Virus record (IMG/VR): IMGVR_UViG_3300043395_001428
DNA length: 64,000 nucleotides
Reading direction: 5' to 3' (one strand)
Origin: an uncultured virus (IMG/VR IMGVR_UViG_3300043395_001428)
Taxonomy: Duplodnaviria; Heunggongvirae; Uroviricota; Caudoviricetes
How positions within the stretch are numbered: the stretch's first letter is position 1; each line of letters begins with the position of its first letter. The position numbers and the translations under genes are program-made. Of the stretch, positions 26,109 to 37,100 are shown piece by piece. The notes under the pieces are model-generated. The model saw nothing but the letters and a program-made list of their open reading frames with translations. It was not told where the DNA came from and made no database searches.

Positions 26109-26309
26109 CTAACGATTGCTAAAATCGGAACTGGCGAGAGCTTTGACTGTGGCGGTTGTCTCTCTCGCCTCTTTTTGTACTGCACTGATCGTTACCTCAT
26201 TCTTCTTTCCTACCCGTAATGATAGATAGGCAAACAATGCCGCTGCCAATGCAGGCAGATGCTCTATCAGAGCGAGGATTATCGTTGTTAGTTCTGATTG
26301 TTCTTTCAT
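26109..26309 (-). CDS. small membrane protein (holin-like)
   Basis: One TM segment; end of the lysis region. Confidence 0.55.
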   Translation of the reverse strand: MKEQSELTTIILALIEHLPALAAALFAYLSLRVGKKNEVTISAVQKEARETTATVKALASSDFSNR

Positions 26310-26581
26310 TTTCTATCCGTCGTGTCGTACTCAGCAGGAACGTACAACCTGTCCACTATTCGGATTTCTTCAGCAGTCAACGCACGTCCTGCTTTTGCCG
26401 CGTCTATCAATATCAACTGTATCCTCGCTCTGCTATCCAACATCGTCCGCGTCATTCGCTGAGTCTGTTGCATATCCACCCTGTCCTTCCAATTCAAATA
26501 CCCAAAGATCACGTTGACAACGCCGAACACCATCATCGCAGTAAACGAGTACCAGAAGTATTTAGGGGGAGGAGCCTGCAT
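26306..26581 (-). CDS. membrane-anchored hypothetical protein
   Basis: N-terminal TM segment. Confidence 0.6.
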   Translation of the reverse strand: MQAPPPKYFWYSFTAMMVFGVVNVIFGYLNWKDRVDMQQTQRMTRTMLDSRARIQLILIDAAKAGRALTAEEIRIVDRLYVPAEYDTTDRK

Positions 26582-26582
26582 T

Positions 26583-26837
26583 TCATTGATATGGTGTCAG
26601 GTCGGTAATAAAGTCATCCACTTGGTCTACAGGGGCAGTTGTCATTCCGCCGTTACACAGCCATTCTTGCAACCCTTCCAATAGTTCGTGTGCTTCTTCT
26701 TCCTGTGGTTTATCGAGATAGGGCAAGTTGGCGTCTACTGCGTCTGCTGTGGTGCGCAATGTGGCTAACGAACCTGTGGTCGCGTTCCCTTTCATTGCGT
26801 CGATCTTTTCGTCTATGAGTATAATTATGTGACTCAT
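26583..26837 (-). CDS. hypothetical protein
   Basis: AAGGAG RBS. Confidence 0.65.
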   Translation of the reverse strand: MSHIIILIDEKIDAMKGNATTGSLATLRTTADAVDANLPYLDKPQEEEAHELLEGLQEWLCNGGMTTAPVDQVDDFITDLTPYQ

Positions 26838-26881
26838 ATTTACTCCTTGTGTTTGGTGAGTGGATTTAGTATAATGAATTT

Positions 26882-27412
26882 ATGAAAGCCAACCCAATAA
26901 AAGCTCAGCATAAATTTATCATTTCTCGTCAACTTCTGTCGAGATTATTTAGCAAAATTCACATATCCGAAACTGTCATTTACAACAACATCCCTTGTTG
27001 GGAATGGACTGCGTTTATTAGTCGCAATGGCTACGCACAATATGGACTTAAAATTGAGGGTAAAGCATATACGTTTCTGACTCATCGGCTTATGTACACC
27101 TTATTCGTGGAATCCATTCCTGACGGACTCATCATTGACCATCTATGTCGTAATACTCGTTGTGTTAATCCTATACATCTGGAAGCTACTACCTCGAAAG
27201 TGAATACCGCTCGTGGTATATGGCAAAAACACCGTGGCCCCGCTCTTGTAGATTTTTGTAAACACGGACACGAAATGACAGGCGACAATGTGCAAATAGG
27301 TGCGTGGAAGCGTAATCGCTTGTCGCAAGTGCGCCGGTACTGCCGAGAGTGCAGGCGACTTAAACAACGGCGATACGTGGCGAGAAAACGAGAAAGACTT
27401 CATATTGTTTAG
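26882..27412 (+). CDS. HNH homing endonuclease
   Basis: CWEWT...HR...IDHLCRNTRCVNPIHL; C-terminal CKHGH...CREC. Confidence 0.85.
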   Translation: MKANPIKAQHKFIISRQLLSRLFSKIHISETVIYNNIPCWEWTAFISRNGYAQYGLKIEGKAYTFLTHRLMYTLFVESIPDGLIIDHLCRNTRCVNPIHLEATTSKVNTARGIWQKHRGPALVDFCKHGHEMTGDNVQIGAWKRNRLSQVRRYCRECRRLKQRRYVARKRERLHIV

Positions 27413-27840
27413 TTTTTCGGACGTTCGTTCTCGTGGGCGGTTCCTGCGCCTAACTTATAGGCTTCCTTCACTTCCAATGCTTGCAAGGTTTTCTTGATAT
27501 CCTTGACATCCCCTTTCATCGAATCCATATCGTTCTGAAGTTGCTGTATCTGCAACTTCTGTTGTTGGTCGTCACGAGCCACGCCAAGCAGCGAACTGCC
27601 CCAATAAAAAACCACCATAACTGCTGGTAGTATCAAAGAAACGAGCAAGACCGTCCCGTTACTCCATCCTGTTTTCTCGGTAAGTTTTTCATCTATACGT
27701 GCCATAAGCGACAACCTCGTGTGAACAGGTTCGCCCTGCGAGTTCACTATCTGATTATCAGGCGGTACAAACGCGAGGTCAGATGCCACAAAGGTTCCTT
27801 CCACTGCTGATAATTTCGTTGCCTGTCCATTTATACTCAT
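27409..27840 (-). CDS. TM plus coiled-coil protein (holin-like)
   Basis: Central TM helix followed by a coiled coil; lysis cluster. Confidence 0.55.
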   Translation of the reverse strand: MSINGQATKLSAVEGTFVASDLAFVPPDNQIVNSQGEPVHTRLSLMARIDEKLTEKTGWSNGTVLLVSLILPAVMVVFYWGSSLLGVARDDQQQKLQIQQLQNDMDSMKGDVKDIKKTLQALEVKEAYKLGAGTAHENERPKN

Positions 27841-27882
27841 TGTTAATGCTCCACTCGTGAGGAAGCGTTTAATATACCCCGA

Positions 27883-28224
27883 TTAGAAATTGATAAGCCC
27901 GAATTTTTTTGGGCGGACGTTCTTTAGGAGTACGTCGATTATCGCCGTTTGTCGCACATTCATTTGCTGTGAACCCGTCAACTCGCCCATAGCCTTGCCA
28001 AGTTCTATCTTAAGGTTCGTTTCTATGTCTTTGTGGGCTTGTACAGCGTCTTTTAGGGCTTGGACTTGCTGACGTAAGGCTACGACCTCATCGGCGTCTT
28101 GTAGAGCCTTTATCGCGGCTTCTCTCGATAGGCAAACTTTGTCACTTGGGCACTCACTCGTTTGAGAATAAGCACCAACAGATAAAAAAAGTGTGAACGT
28201 AAGTAGTATTAGTATTCTTCTCAC
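27883..28224 (-). CDS. exported coiled-coil lysis accessory protein (spanin-like position)
   Basis: Signal peptide; overlaps the upstream gene; no clear lipobox. Confidence 0.5.
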   Translation of the reverse strand: MRRILILLTFTLFLSVGAYSQTSECPSDKVCLSREAAIKALQDADEVVALRQQVQALKDAVQAHKDIETNLKIELGKAMGELTGSQQMNVRQTAIIDVLLKNVRPKKFGLINF

Positions 28225-28574
28225 CGACGTGCCTCCAATTCTTTAGCTAACTCATCACTCGATAGATGGTCGTACTTCTTCTTGGCATTGCGGACATTTT
28301 CTTCCGCCGTTTTCAACCCTGCGTCAATGTTCTCATCCGCAGTATCCGCTTCGGCAAGTATCTGTTTCAGTTTCTCATCATTGCGGGTCTTGATAGCTTC
28401 CTCAGCTTTCTGTATCTGCTGTTCGTTCAGTTTGGCTTTTCGATTGCCGCACCAACGATACGTGAGTCCCGCCGCGATGATAACAGTGAGAAGGGCAACG
28501 CCAATCAGCACCACGCGCCAATTGTCGATGACGAAAAATCCTATGCGTTTCAAGAAAAATAAAAATGCTGTCAA
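28221..28574 (-). CDS. putative inner-membrane spanin (Rz-like)
   Basis: N-terminal TM segment and long coiled coil. Confidence 0.55.
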   Translation of the reverse strand: MTAFLFFLKRIGFFVIDNWRVVLIGVALLTVIIAAGLTYRWCGNRKAKLNEQQIQKAEEAIKTRNDEKLKQILAEADTADENIDAGLKTAEENVRNAKKKYDHLSSDELAKELEARR

Positions 28575-28768
28575 TGTATGATACCTCCGTATTTTGGCAG
28601 AAAAATAGGTTCGTGGTCAGGCAGATATATCTCTGCTATCAATTCCCCGTCTACTTCTGCAAATGGTACTAGCTCTTGTGCCTCATCAAACGAACGGGCA
28701 GGCAATGTACCGCCGTACATCAGTCCATCAATTTCCATCACGAACGTGTACATTCTAACGCTTGTCAT
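28571..28768 (-). CDS. hypothetical protein
   Basis: Coupled to its neighbours. Confidence 0.5.
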   Translation of the reverse strand: MTSVRMYTFVMEIDGLMYGGTLPARSFDEAQELVPFAEVDGELIAEIYLPDHEPIFLPKYGGIIH

Positions 28769-28945
28769 AATTCTGCCTGTAAATCACCTTGCCACAATCG
28801 CACTTGGCTAAATTGCACTTTGGAACCTGCTTAAAATAATGCTTGCAAGCTCCGTTGTTTTCTGTTACAGTTTTCATTGAGTAAACCTCCGCAGGTGTAT
28901 TCATATTCTTCTCCGGGACGTTACGATTAGCGTCCCCTTTTTTAT

Positions 28946-29233
28946 TTACACAGACAGATACGCCGTGTTCGAGGTCGCCTCGTATGTCATATTTGTAAGG
29001 GTTGATCCTGTGCCAACAGTAGTTAAATCGCCTGTACCTGTCAGCCATGTAATGCTCGGCGTATACGGCCACACCCATTGCTGACGATAAGGCACATACT
29101 CTGTAACAACTTTCTGTGCCCCGATAAGTTCGCCTAACGCCTCATACAAATCTTTGGCTTGTTTCGGCGTTACATCTACATCTTTGCCACCAATGCTAAT
29201 GGTGAGTTTCTTGATAATATTGTTGTCTTTCAT
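28946..29233 (-). CDS. hypothetical protein
   Basis: GAGG RBS before MKDNN. Confidence 0.6.
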   Translation of the reverse strand: MKDNNIIKKLTISIGGKDVDVTPKQAKDLYEALGELIGAQKVVTEYVPYRQQWVWPYTPSITWLTGTGDLTTVGTGSTLTNMTYEATSNTAYLSV

Positions 29234-29247
29234 AATTTTAATTTTCC

Positions 29248-30321
29248 TCATTTCCAAAATTCCCACCATTTCTTTGTGGGTTCTACCTTCTCAGGTGCAA
29301 CTACCGTGATAGAGTTCCATCCCGGTATCGCGTGAGTTATCACCGTCACTAAGAATATCAACTCTCTCGTGATCTTTTTGATGATAATTACCACCACCAC
29401 AAGTCCTACTGCAATGAGAATGTACTTGCTGTTGCCTTTGATAAGGCTAACGACCGCGTTCCCGATTTCCTTTGCATCTAAAAAGCCATCGCTAATCCAT
29501 CCCTTGATAGTTTCCACGACGACCAAAATAAACGGCGGAACTGTGATACCTAGCACGGTGACTTTTGTGGCTGATTGGACGCTCCCCATTCCTTGTGGAG
29601 CGTTTAGAGTGACCTCAGTAGGTGCAGGCGTAGGCGTACCGACATCGCCTGTATTGACAATGGTATCTGCGTTCTGAATAGTCGGGGACGTAGCAGTTTC
29701 TGTCGGTTCATCGGTCGGTGAGGTTTCACTTGCAGCGTTTCCTGCGGTTGGTGTTGGCGTCCCCGAATGTCGTTTATAAGCACTTGCCATTTTTGTATCG
29801 TAGTTATTTTTACGATAACCTGCTCCATTATAGCCTTTAGCAAATGCCGCCCAATTCTTTGTGCGTAAGTAGAGTCCTAGTCCATTTCCAATGACAAACT
29901 CCACGAAAGCGTCAAGTTGTTTCCCTTCGCTTTCCTTCATCGCATCTACGAACGCACCTACATCTTCATAACCACAAACTGCGTGATTGAAACCCATTAT
30001 CTGAAACTTCCCCCACGAACACGCTTTCATAGCGGCGATAGGGTTTAGCCCAAAAGCTTCATTGAATTTATTAATTTGATTTTGTCCTGCCGCACCGTAA
30101 CCGCCAGCCGAACCTGAAAGATGTGGGTGAGATTTGTTATACCGCCCTTGCGTGTACTTACGAAAGATATGTTTTTCAAATAGTATGACGGGAAAGCCTG
30201 ATGCGTAGAACCCTTTACCTCTCGACTCTACCTCTGCTACCGCTTTCACAGAGGCGACTTCACATCGCAACTTTTTAGCGGCTCGTTGAAAATCTATCTC
30301 TGTGAGTATTGGTTTTGCCAT
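29248..30321 (-). CDS. endolysin, N-acetylmuramidase (DUF3380-type) with C-terminal TM segments
   Basis: AVAEVES.G.GF, ILFEKH, SWGKFQIMGFN, FAKGYNG..Y..N.YD; Pro/Thr linker then hydrophobic helices. Confidence 0.88.
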   Translation of the reverse strand: MAKPILTEIDFQRAAKKLRCEVASVKAVAEVESRGKGFYASGFPVILFEKHIFRKYTQGRYNKSHPHLSGSAGGYGAAGQNQINKFNEAFGLNPIAAMKACSWGKFQIMGFNHAVCGYEDVGAFVDAMKESEGKQLDAFVEFVIGNGLGLYLRTKNWAAFAKGYNGAGYRKNNYDTKMASAYKRHSGTPTPTAGNAASETSPTDEPTETATSPTIQNADTIVNTGDVGTPTPAPTEVTLNAPQGMGSVQSATKVTVLGITVPPFILVVVETIKGWISDGFLDAKEIGNAVVSLIKGNSKYILIAVGLVVVVIIIKKITRELIFLVTVITHAIPGWNSITVVAPEKVEPTKKWWEFWK

Positions 30322-30365
30322 AATAATTTACTTGACTTGTTACTATAATTACGCTACCATTAAAT

Positions 30366-31073
30366 ATGACCAATCAACGGCTGAAAACTCCTAAAATGTG
30401 TGAACAGTGTGGAAAATCGTTCTTTCCGTTTCGCGGTGGTACGGCTCAATTTTGTTCCAATCAATGTAAGTTTTCCGCACGTAAGTCCCCTGCGGAACTG
30501 ATTTGTGCCCATTGTAACACCGTTTTTTATAAAACTAACCACAAAGATGCTAAATACTGCACTCACGAATGCTACGTACTGGCAAAAACTCAACGTTCCG
30601 CCCTTGAGCGCTTGGAACCACTGATTGAAAAAACGGATTACTGTTGGCTTTGGAAAGGGGGTGTTAATGGTCAAGGGTATGGTAGACTGCATTTCCAAGA
30701 CCGATCGTGGCTTGCTCACCGACTGATGTATCATACTGTTGTTGAGCCAATAACGGATGATGATCTGGTGCGACATTACGAATGCGATAATCCGCCTTGC
30801 GTCAATCCCAATCACTTGCGGAAAGGCAATCATAGCGATAATATGCAAGATGCGATTCGTAATGGACGCCACGCTCACGGCGAAACATCTTACGCTAAAT
30901 TGACTGAGGAACAAGTTATTGCAATTTGGCACGACACAAGAACGCATCAACAGACTGCGGATGCTTACGGTGTTGACCGCCGCACGGTTGGTCATATCAA
31001 ACTTGGCACTACTTGGACTCATCTTAATCTCGGTCGTTGCGCGTTTCGACGCTATCGTGGTCAAACCCCATAA
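30366..31073 (+). CDS. HNH homing endonuclease with N-terminal zinc-finger repeats
   Basis: CxxC..FCS..C repeats; CWLWKG, VRHYECDNPPCVNPNHL; AKLTEEQV HTH tail. Confidence 0.85.
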   Translation: MTNQRLKTPKMCEQCGKSFFPFRGGTAQFCSNQCKFSARKSPAELICAHCNTVFYKTNHKDAKYCTHECYVLAKTQRSALERLEPLIEKTDYCWLWKGGVNGQGYGRLHFQDRSWLAHRLMYHTVVEPITDDDLVRHYECDNPPCVNPNHLRKGNHSDNMQDAIRNGRHAHGETSYAKLTEEQVIAIWHDTRTHQQTADAYGVDRRTVGHIKLGTTWTHLNLGRCAFRRYRGQTP

Positions 31074-31103
31074 ATTATCTCCCTTTATAACATACTTTCT
31101 TTT

Positions 31104-34100
31104 TTATTTGAACAACTTTCGTGTCGCGTCCGATACGTTGTCCTTGTTTCGTAAGATTTTGCGTATATCTCCCTTCTCCTCATCTGTCGCTCTCTTCCAT
31201 ACATCGGTTAGAATCTTAATGTCTTTTGCATTGTCACCAAATTCATATTTTACCTTTGCTTCCAATGGCGACAGTTTTAGTTCAGATTTAAGTCGCGAGG
31301 CACTTTCTTTCGTCAACCTTCCTTCGGACACATATTTATCAATACGTCTAGATGCAGAACCAAAATCCATTTGTCCTGCGCGGACTGCTTTCTTTAATTG
31401 ATTGCGTAAGGTGAACGCACGCTTCTCATCGGGCGTCATCTTCTCATATTCTTTTTGCCACAGCCGATTAGCCCATTGTGTAGCCCTTGTGCCAGCATCT
31501 CGCGTAAAGTCAGGATGCACTACGTTGACACCCAAGATACGCCCAATCGGGAACGGTTGTTCTAATACCTTCCCGTCCAAGTCGGTTTGCTTCTTTTGAC
31601 CTGACAAACGAATGACACCGGGTATTGACCGTGACAATTCATTAAGAAACTTGTCCTTTGCACCTTCAGGGTCTTCACGATACGCACGTTCATCAGCATC
31701 AACCTGTGCCCATAGGTCACGCAAAGGTTTCGCTGCGCGAGTAATGCCAGATATATACCCACCTAATAATCGTGCTGTCGATTCACCTACATCTCCAATG
31801 CCTTTCTTTTGAGATACAAAGTCTTTTACTGTACCTAAAAACTCCATTGGAGCGCCGTGCTGATAATACTCGGTTTCAAGAGACAATAAACCACCTAACA
31901 CATCGGTATCTATTGGTTTATCGTTAGCTATTTGCAGTGCGTTGTGAGCCAAATAGAAATACGCAGCCAACGGATAACTTCTCCGAATGTCGATAATAGG
32001 GCCATTCTTTCCTAATGGGTAAAGCGTGTACCACTTGTCATCATCGCCCCCAATAGCTGATAAGACCGCACCTGCCATTATCATTGTGGAATATGCCAAC
32101 ATTCCTTTAGCAATCGACCGTGTGCTGTAGCCTTCTCCGCCTAATTTGGCACTGTCCAACGCTCCGAACAACAGTGGGTTTATGACTGCCTGTTTGGACG
32201 TGGAATACATAAATCGAGCATAGGTAACAGGGTTCAATAGAACGGGCAAATAATGATCTAACTTGTCATAAATGTGTTTTAATGCCTTACCTGCTGGGTC
32301 ATCAATCTCGGATGCAAAGGTCACATCCATTGCCCGTTTAGCCGCTCGTTTAGCAATGGACTCAGTGATATAGTCACGCAACTTGCCTGCTTTCATCACA
32401 GATTCAAGCGTTTGTTGCCCGTTAGTTTGTTTTTTGATGGCTTGGTCAAAAGCAGCCGCAATGACACTATTTCTGAAGTGCATTTCAAACATCTTTGCAC
32501 CCGAATATTTGGTGGCGAACTCATTATACTTAGCGTTGGCATCAAACCATTGATGGGCAACTTTGGACAGCCCTGTTTTTGTGTCTGCGAGTTTCAGTGG
32601 TTCGATAGGAATATCCCCTAACAATCCTTTATGAACCTCGAAATAGAGGTCAGGGAAGTTAGCTAATGCTTGTTCTGCAATCTGCCGATTGGCTGACAAC
32701 ATATAGTTATAAGGCAATAACAAATCCCGAACCCTTACATCCGTTTCTTCTCCGATATTAACGCCTGCCTTTCTTAGCCCTATCTCAAATATGTCAAGCA
32801 AGATTTGGGCAGGTGTAGCAACAGTCCCCACTTGGACAGCGTTGAATATCTGTGTACCCCAATTGGCGACGAGTTTGATACGGAAATCATCATTGAACCG
32901 CTTTATAAGTCCGGGATTCTCCGGAGCTTTGTTCAAGAAGCGATTGAGCCTATTTGCCGCTTGCAGTTGTTCAACACGTTTGTTGTCTAATATCTCACGC
33001 TGTTCCGCACTGATACCTTCAGCTTTATCTCTTGCTCGTGCATCTTCTGCCTTTAACTCTTTGATAAGAACTTTGGCATCTTGTGCGATATTTTTAGCTT
33101 CAGGGGGACTAAAGCCATAAGTGTGTTGCAATTCGAGAATTACGCTATCGAGAGATTTTGGCTTGTCGTTGGACAACAGATCGACCGCAATTGCTAGTTC
33201 AATATCTTCAGGATTTTTATTAAGTGCTTTCTGCCCATAACGAGACAATCCTTTGGCTGTCTGCATATTGGCTTTACGCAGATTATTTAACTCCTTGCGC
33301 AATGTTTTTTGTTTCTCGCGCAATGCTTTTAACTCCGTTGAATTTACAGGCTGTTTGCGAACTGTCGCTAAGTCCTGCTCATCTATTTTGCGTTGTAATT
33401 CAGCAAGACTCTTACGTGCGCTAGCAATCGCTTTTGCATCTAATTTACCACTACGCTTATCTGCTTCAGTGTAGTGTTCTTTGCGAATCTGTATCCGCTT
33501 CTTGGCTTCTGCACTTTGAGGTTCTTTTGCACCTCGAACCTCATCTGCCGCCGTAGCGTGGATGTCCTTTACTTGCTCGTCTGATGCTCCTGAAATGTCT
33601 TTTAACTCACGAATGACCGTCTCATAGCTTTTATCTGTAAGAATCTGTCCTATGGCGTATTCTTTGAGCAATTTCGCTGTCTTAGGGTCGATAACTATGT
33701 CCGCATCTGCATTTTTATTCCCGACTGCCATTAACATCGGAGGCGATACATTGAACACGGGCGAATCAGGAAATCGCTGTTGCAATTCTGCCAAGATGAT
33801 CGGCTTGCGCTTTTTATATTTATTGAGTAACGCTTCCTGATGATTGAATGGCTTTTTCTCAGGAATATTATTATCAATGTCCGCAATGGTGCGTTCCGCT
33901 TCAGCCAGCTTCATTTCAGCCGTTGCCAATTCACCTAGTAACCGCTGATTCTCTTTGGCTAGTTCATAAACAGTTTCTCTTTGTGTTTCGGTCAATGGCT
34001 TATCAAACGCCATTTGATATAGATACTCTGCCGTGACGACTGCCGCTTCAGGGGTCAACGGACGTAACATCTTCTGTATTTCTACTTCACGACCTGCCCC

Positions 34101-37100
34101 GATTTGGCGAATCTTCAATGCACCGATAAGTTCACCAACCCGACGAAGCGTAGCCATGTGTTCCGCGCCTTTGCCTTGCTGACGATAGGCTTCAGCAACA
34201 CCCACAAGACGTTCCGCTTCACGAGCCAAGACACGACTAGCTTCAGGTGACGGTGTAGCCGTCATTGCTTGTGTCATTGCTTGGTCGAAAGTCATCTCGC
34301 CAAGTATCGCGTCCACATTGGCTTCTGTTTCTGCTCGTCCTTGAGGTGTGTAGTAATCTTCTATCCCTGTAAGTTTTGAGATAGCGGCAACTTTCTGACC
34401 GTCTGCTTTAGCCTGTTCTGCCTTAGCTTCATCAAACTCTAATCCCGACTTGCCCGGTTCGCGAGATGTTAATTTAACAGCGGGTTTACTCTTGGTTTCA
34501 GCCCCAACATCTGAGCGAGTTTCTTTCGCTTCATCTCTTTGGGCATCTTGCTTGCCTGTATCTTTAGTATTGCCACCTTTTTCTTCGCTAATTCTTTGGG
34601 TGAGGGCGGCATTGATTTCGTTGAGTTTTTCATAATAGCTCCAATCTATTTCACCATTTGTTGCGATGAAGTCATCTGCCCAATCTGCTATGATGTCGAG
34701 TATTTCGTCAGCGTGTTCGTCAGGGTCTATGCCTAAGTCATCATAGTTCTTGGCAATTAGTTTGTCCACGAGTTCCATTGCACGTATTGTGGGGTCTGGA
34801 TACCTCTTGGCTAATTGCGTCACTTCCATCAAAGGACGTGCATTTGTGCGGTCAATCCACGCTTGGCTCTGTGACGCTTCTACGGCTTCACTAGCCATTG
34901 TCTGCATACGAGCTTCGTGGGCACTTTCTTCTGCAATCGCGTCAGGTAGCAGAACGATACGCACCGTTTCTTTCGGGTTGGTCTTAGCCGCCTTGTCAAT
35001 GGCTTTGACAAACTTGTTAAACGCTGTACGTTCCTTTGGACTTAGTCCTGCATCCTTTACAAACTCAGATGCCATTTCACGGAACTTTGCTACATTGCTA
35101 GGGTTCAGTGTCATCCCGTAGAAATGCGATGTCTTGCCCGTAATTGCTTGGATAGCCTGATTTGCAAGTCCGTAGGCTTCGAGGTTGTTAAGAGTGACAA
35201 GTGAACCTTCTGTGCTGTACTTAGCCTTTGTAGCAAGTTCGCCTGTGTCGTAGTTCACCACATCTTCCATTTGCGGTGTGGGTTTAGTGGGGACACGACG
35301 CAGTATGTTAGGGTCGTTAGGGTCAAACGTACCTCTGTTGCCAATAGCAGACTTCACTTGTTCGGAACGCATCACTGCATATACCGTCGATTTTGTCCGA
35401 TCATTGTGATACACAGTGTCTAAAACATTTTTAACAATAAGACCGTCATAACCGTGTTCTTTAGCATAGTCAAAGGCTTTTTGGATACTGACGGCATTTT
35501 TAGGCAAGTTTCCCCAAGTTTTCGGTTGCCACTGTTCCCACGGCACAGGAATGTTATCGTGTCTCGTGCCTTGAGCATCTATAATCAAAGGATTTTGCAT
35601 ACTGAGGTACGCAGGTGTAATAACACCTTGAGGTCGAGATGTAAGCCACGGCCCACTCCGTTGAGTATATTGGTCTGCCAATCTAGGCTTATCGGTAAAG
35701 AAAATTCCCTCTGCCCGTGACTGCAAGATTGCTCCTATATCTGAAGCATCCCCACGATAAACTCGCTGAGGCTTACCTCGCTTATCAACAACCTTGCTCT
35801 CGCCAAAGAACTTCTTAAATTCAGGGGTATCGGTCTGTTTACTACCAACTGCCATAGCCATTGGCGGACTGTACGCACGACTGACCTTTGCTCCCTGACT
35901 GATTACTTCACCATTGCGATTGCCACCGCGAAATTCTATCGACTCGTAATCCCTAGCTTGTCTGTCTACCGCATCTACCCCTATCAGCGGATATTCTTTG
36001 CCCGAACGGGTATCCACCACAACTCGTCTTAGTTGTTGGGCTTTTTCACTTGCTTGTCGGTTGATAGCCTCAAGGGACGCAGACGATTCCCCTGATGCGT
36101 TTAGTGCCATTGCCATTGGCGCAGACCCCTTACTCCACCCTTGCAATGGATGTGAGGCTTCTGTCCCTGCTTCAATGACCCGTAAGCCACTCTTTGTTTT
36201 TTCTACTCTGCCTGTACGAGTTATCTTGTTTCCACCATACTCGACCACACGCTGCACTCTGTCGCCTTCCTTGAGGTCGGAGCCGTCAGATTGAGTGGAA
36301 CGTATCTTGTTCTCAGTCGGGGCAATAGGTGGTGCTTGTCGTGGCGTACTTTTAGGCGGTTCCTGAGACACGACAGGCTTCTTCTTCGCCTCAAGTATCT
36401 TTGCGTTGTACTCTGCCGTAATATCGTCACGCAGTTTCTTGGCTTCTGCTACTTGCCCTTGTGCCTCTAGCGACTTAGCCTCATCTTCTATCTCAGCCAA
36501 TGCCTCACGCTTTTGTTTGTTGAGTTCCTTTACTGCGTCGAGTTTTTTGGCAACAGGGGTTGGTTCAGCCTTAGTGTCAACAATTGGTTCTGTAACAGTA
36601 GGTTCTTCTGTGGCTTTTTCCACAGGAATATCCACAGGCTTCTTGCGACGAAACCCTACGCCCTCTACCTTTTCACTTGGTTCTAACTCTGTGAGAATAG
36701 CAGGGATTTCCTCTTTTTCCACAGGGGCTTGCTTGGGCGTGACTTTTTTCTTTTCGGGTTCAGCCTTTGGTTCTTCGACTAACGGAGATAGCGTTTCTGT
36801 GCGTTTAGGGGCACTCTGAAAGGCTTTTTGGATGTCAGCAAGCGTCTGTGGCGGAAGCACATCTTTCATCGCTCCAGTCTGTTGTATGACCTGTTCTTGT
36901 GCTTCAGGCGATAATCGTTCCATTCTCGCGTGAATATCTGCCATCGACGCCCCAACGATACCGCCAAAGAATCCCGCCACACCTTCAACAAAATCACTTT
37001 TCTGCAAGGACGTGGCTTTATCCCAACGCTCAGGCGACGGATCATATGAAATGTATGCCCACAAGTCATTTAACGGGCGAGTAGTGCCTTCTTGGAGAGC

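Noticed and set aside
30360..31064. 234-aa minus-strand ORF
   Set aside because: Shadow of the HNH gene, which has clear motifs and a promoter.
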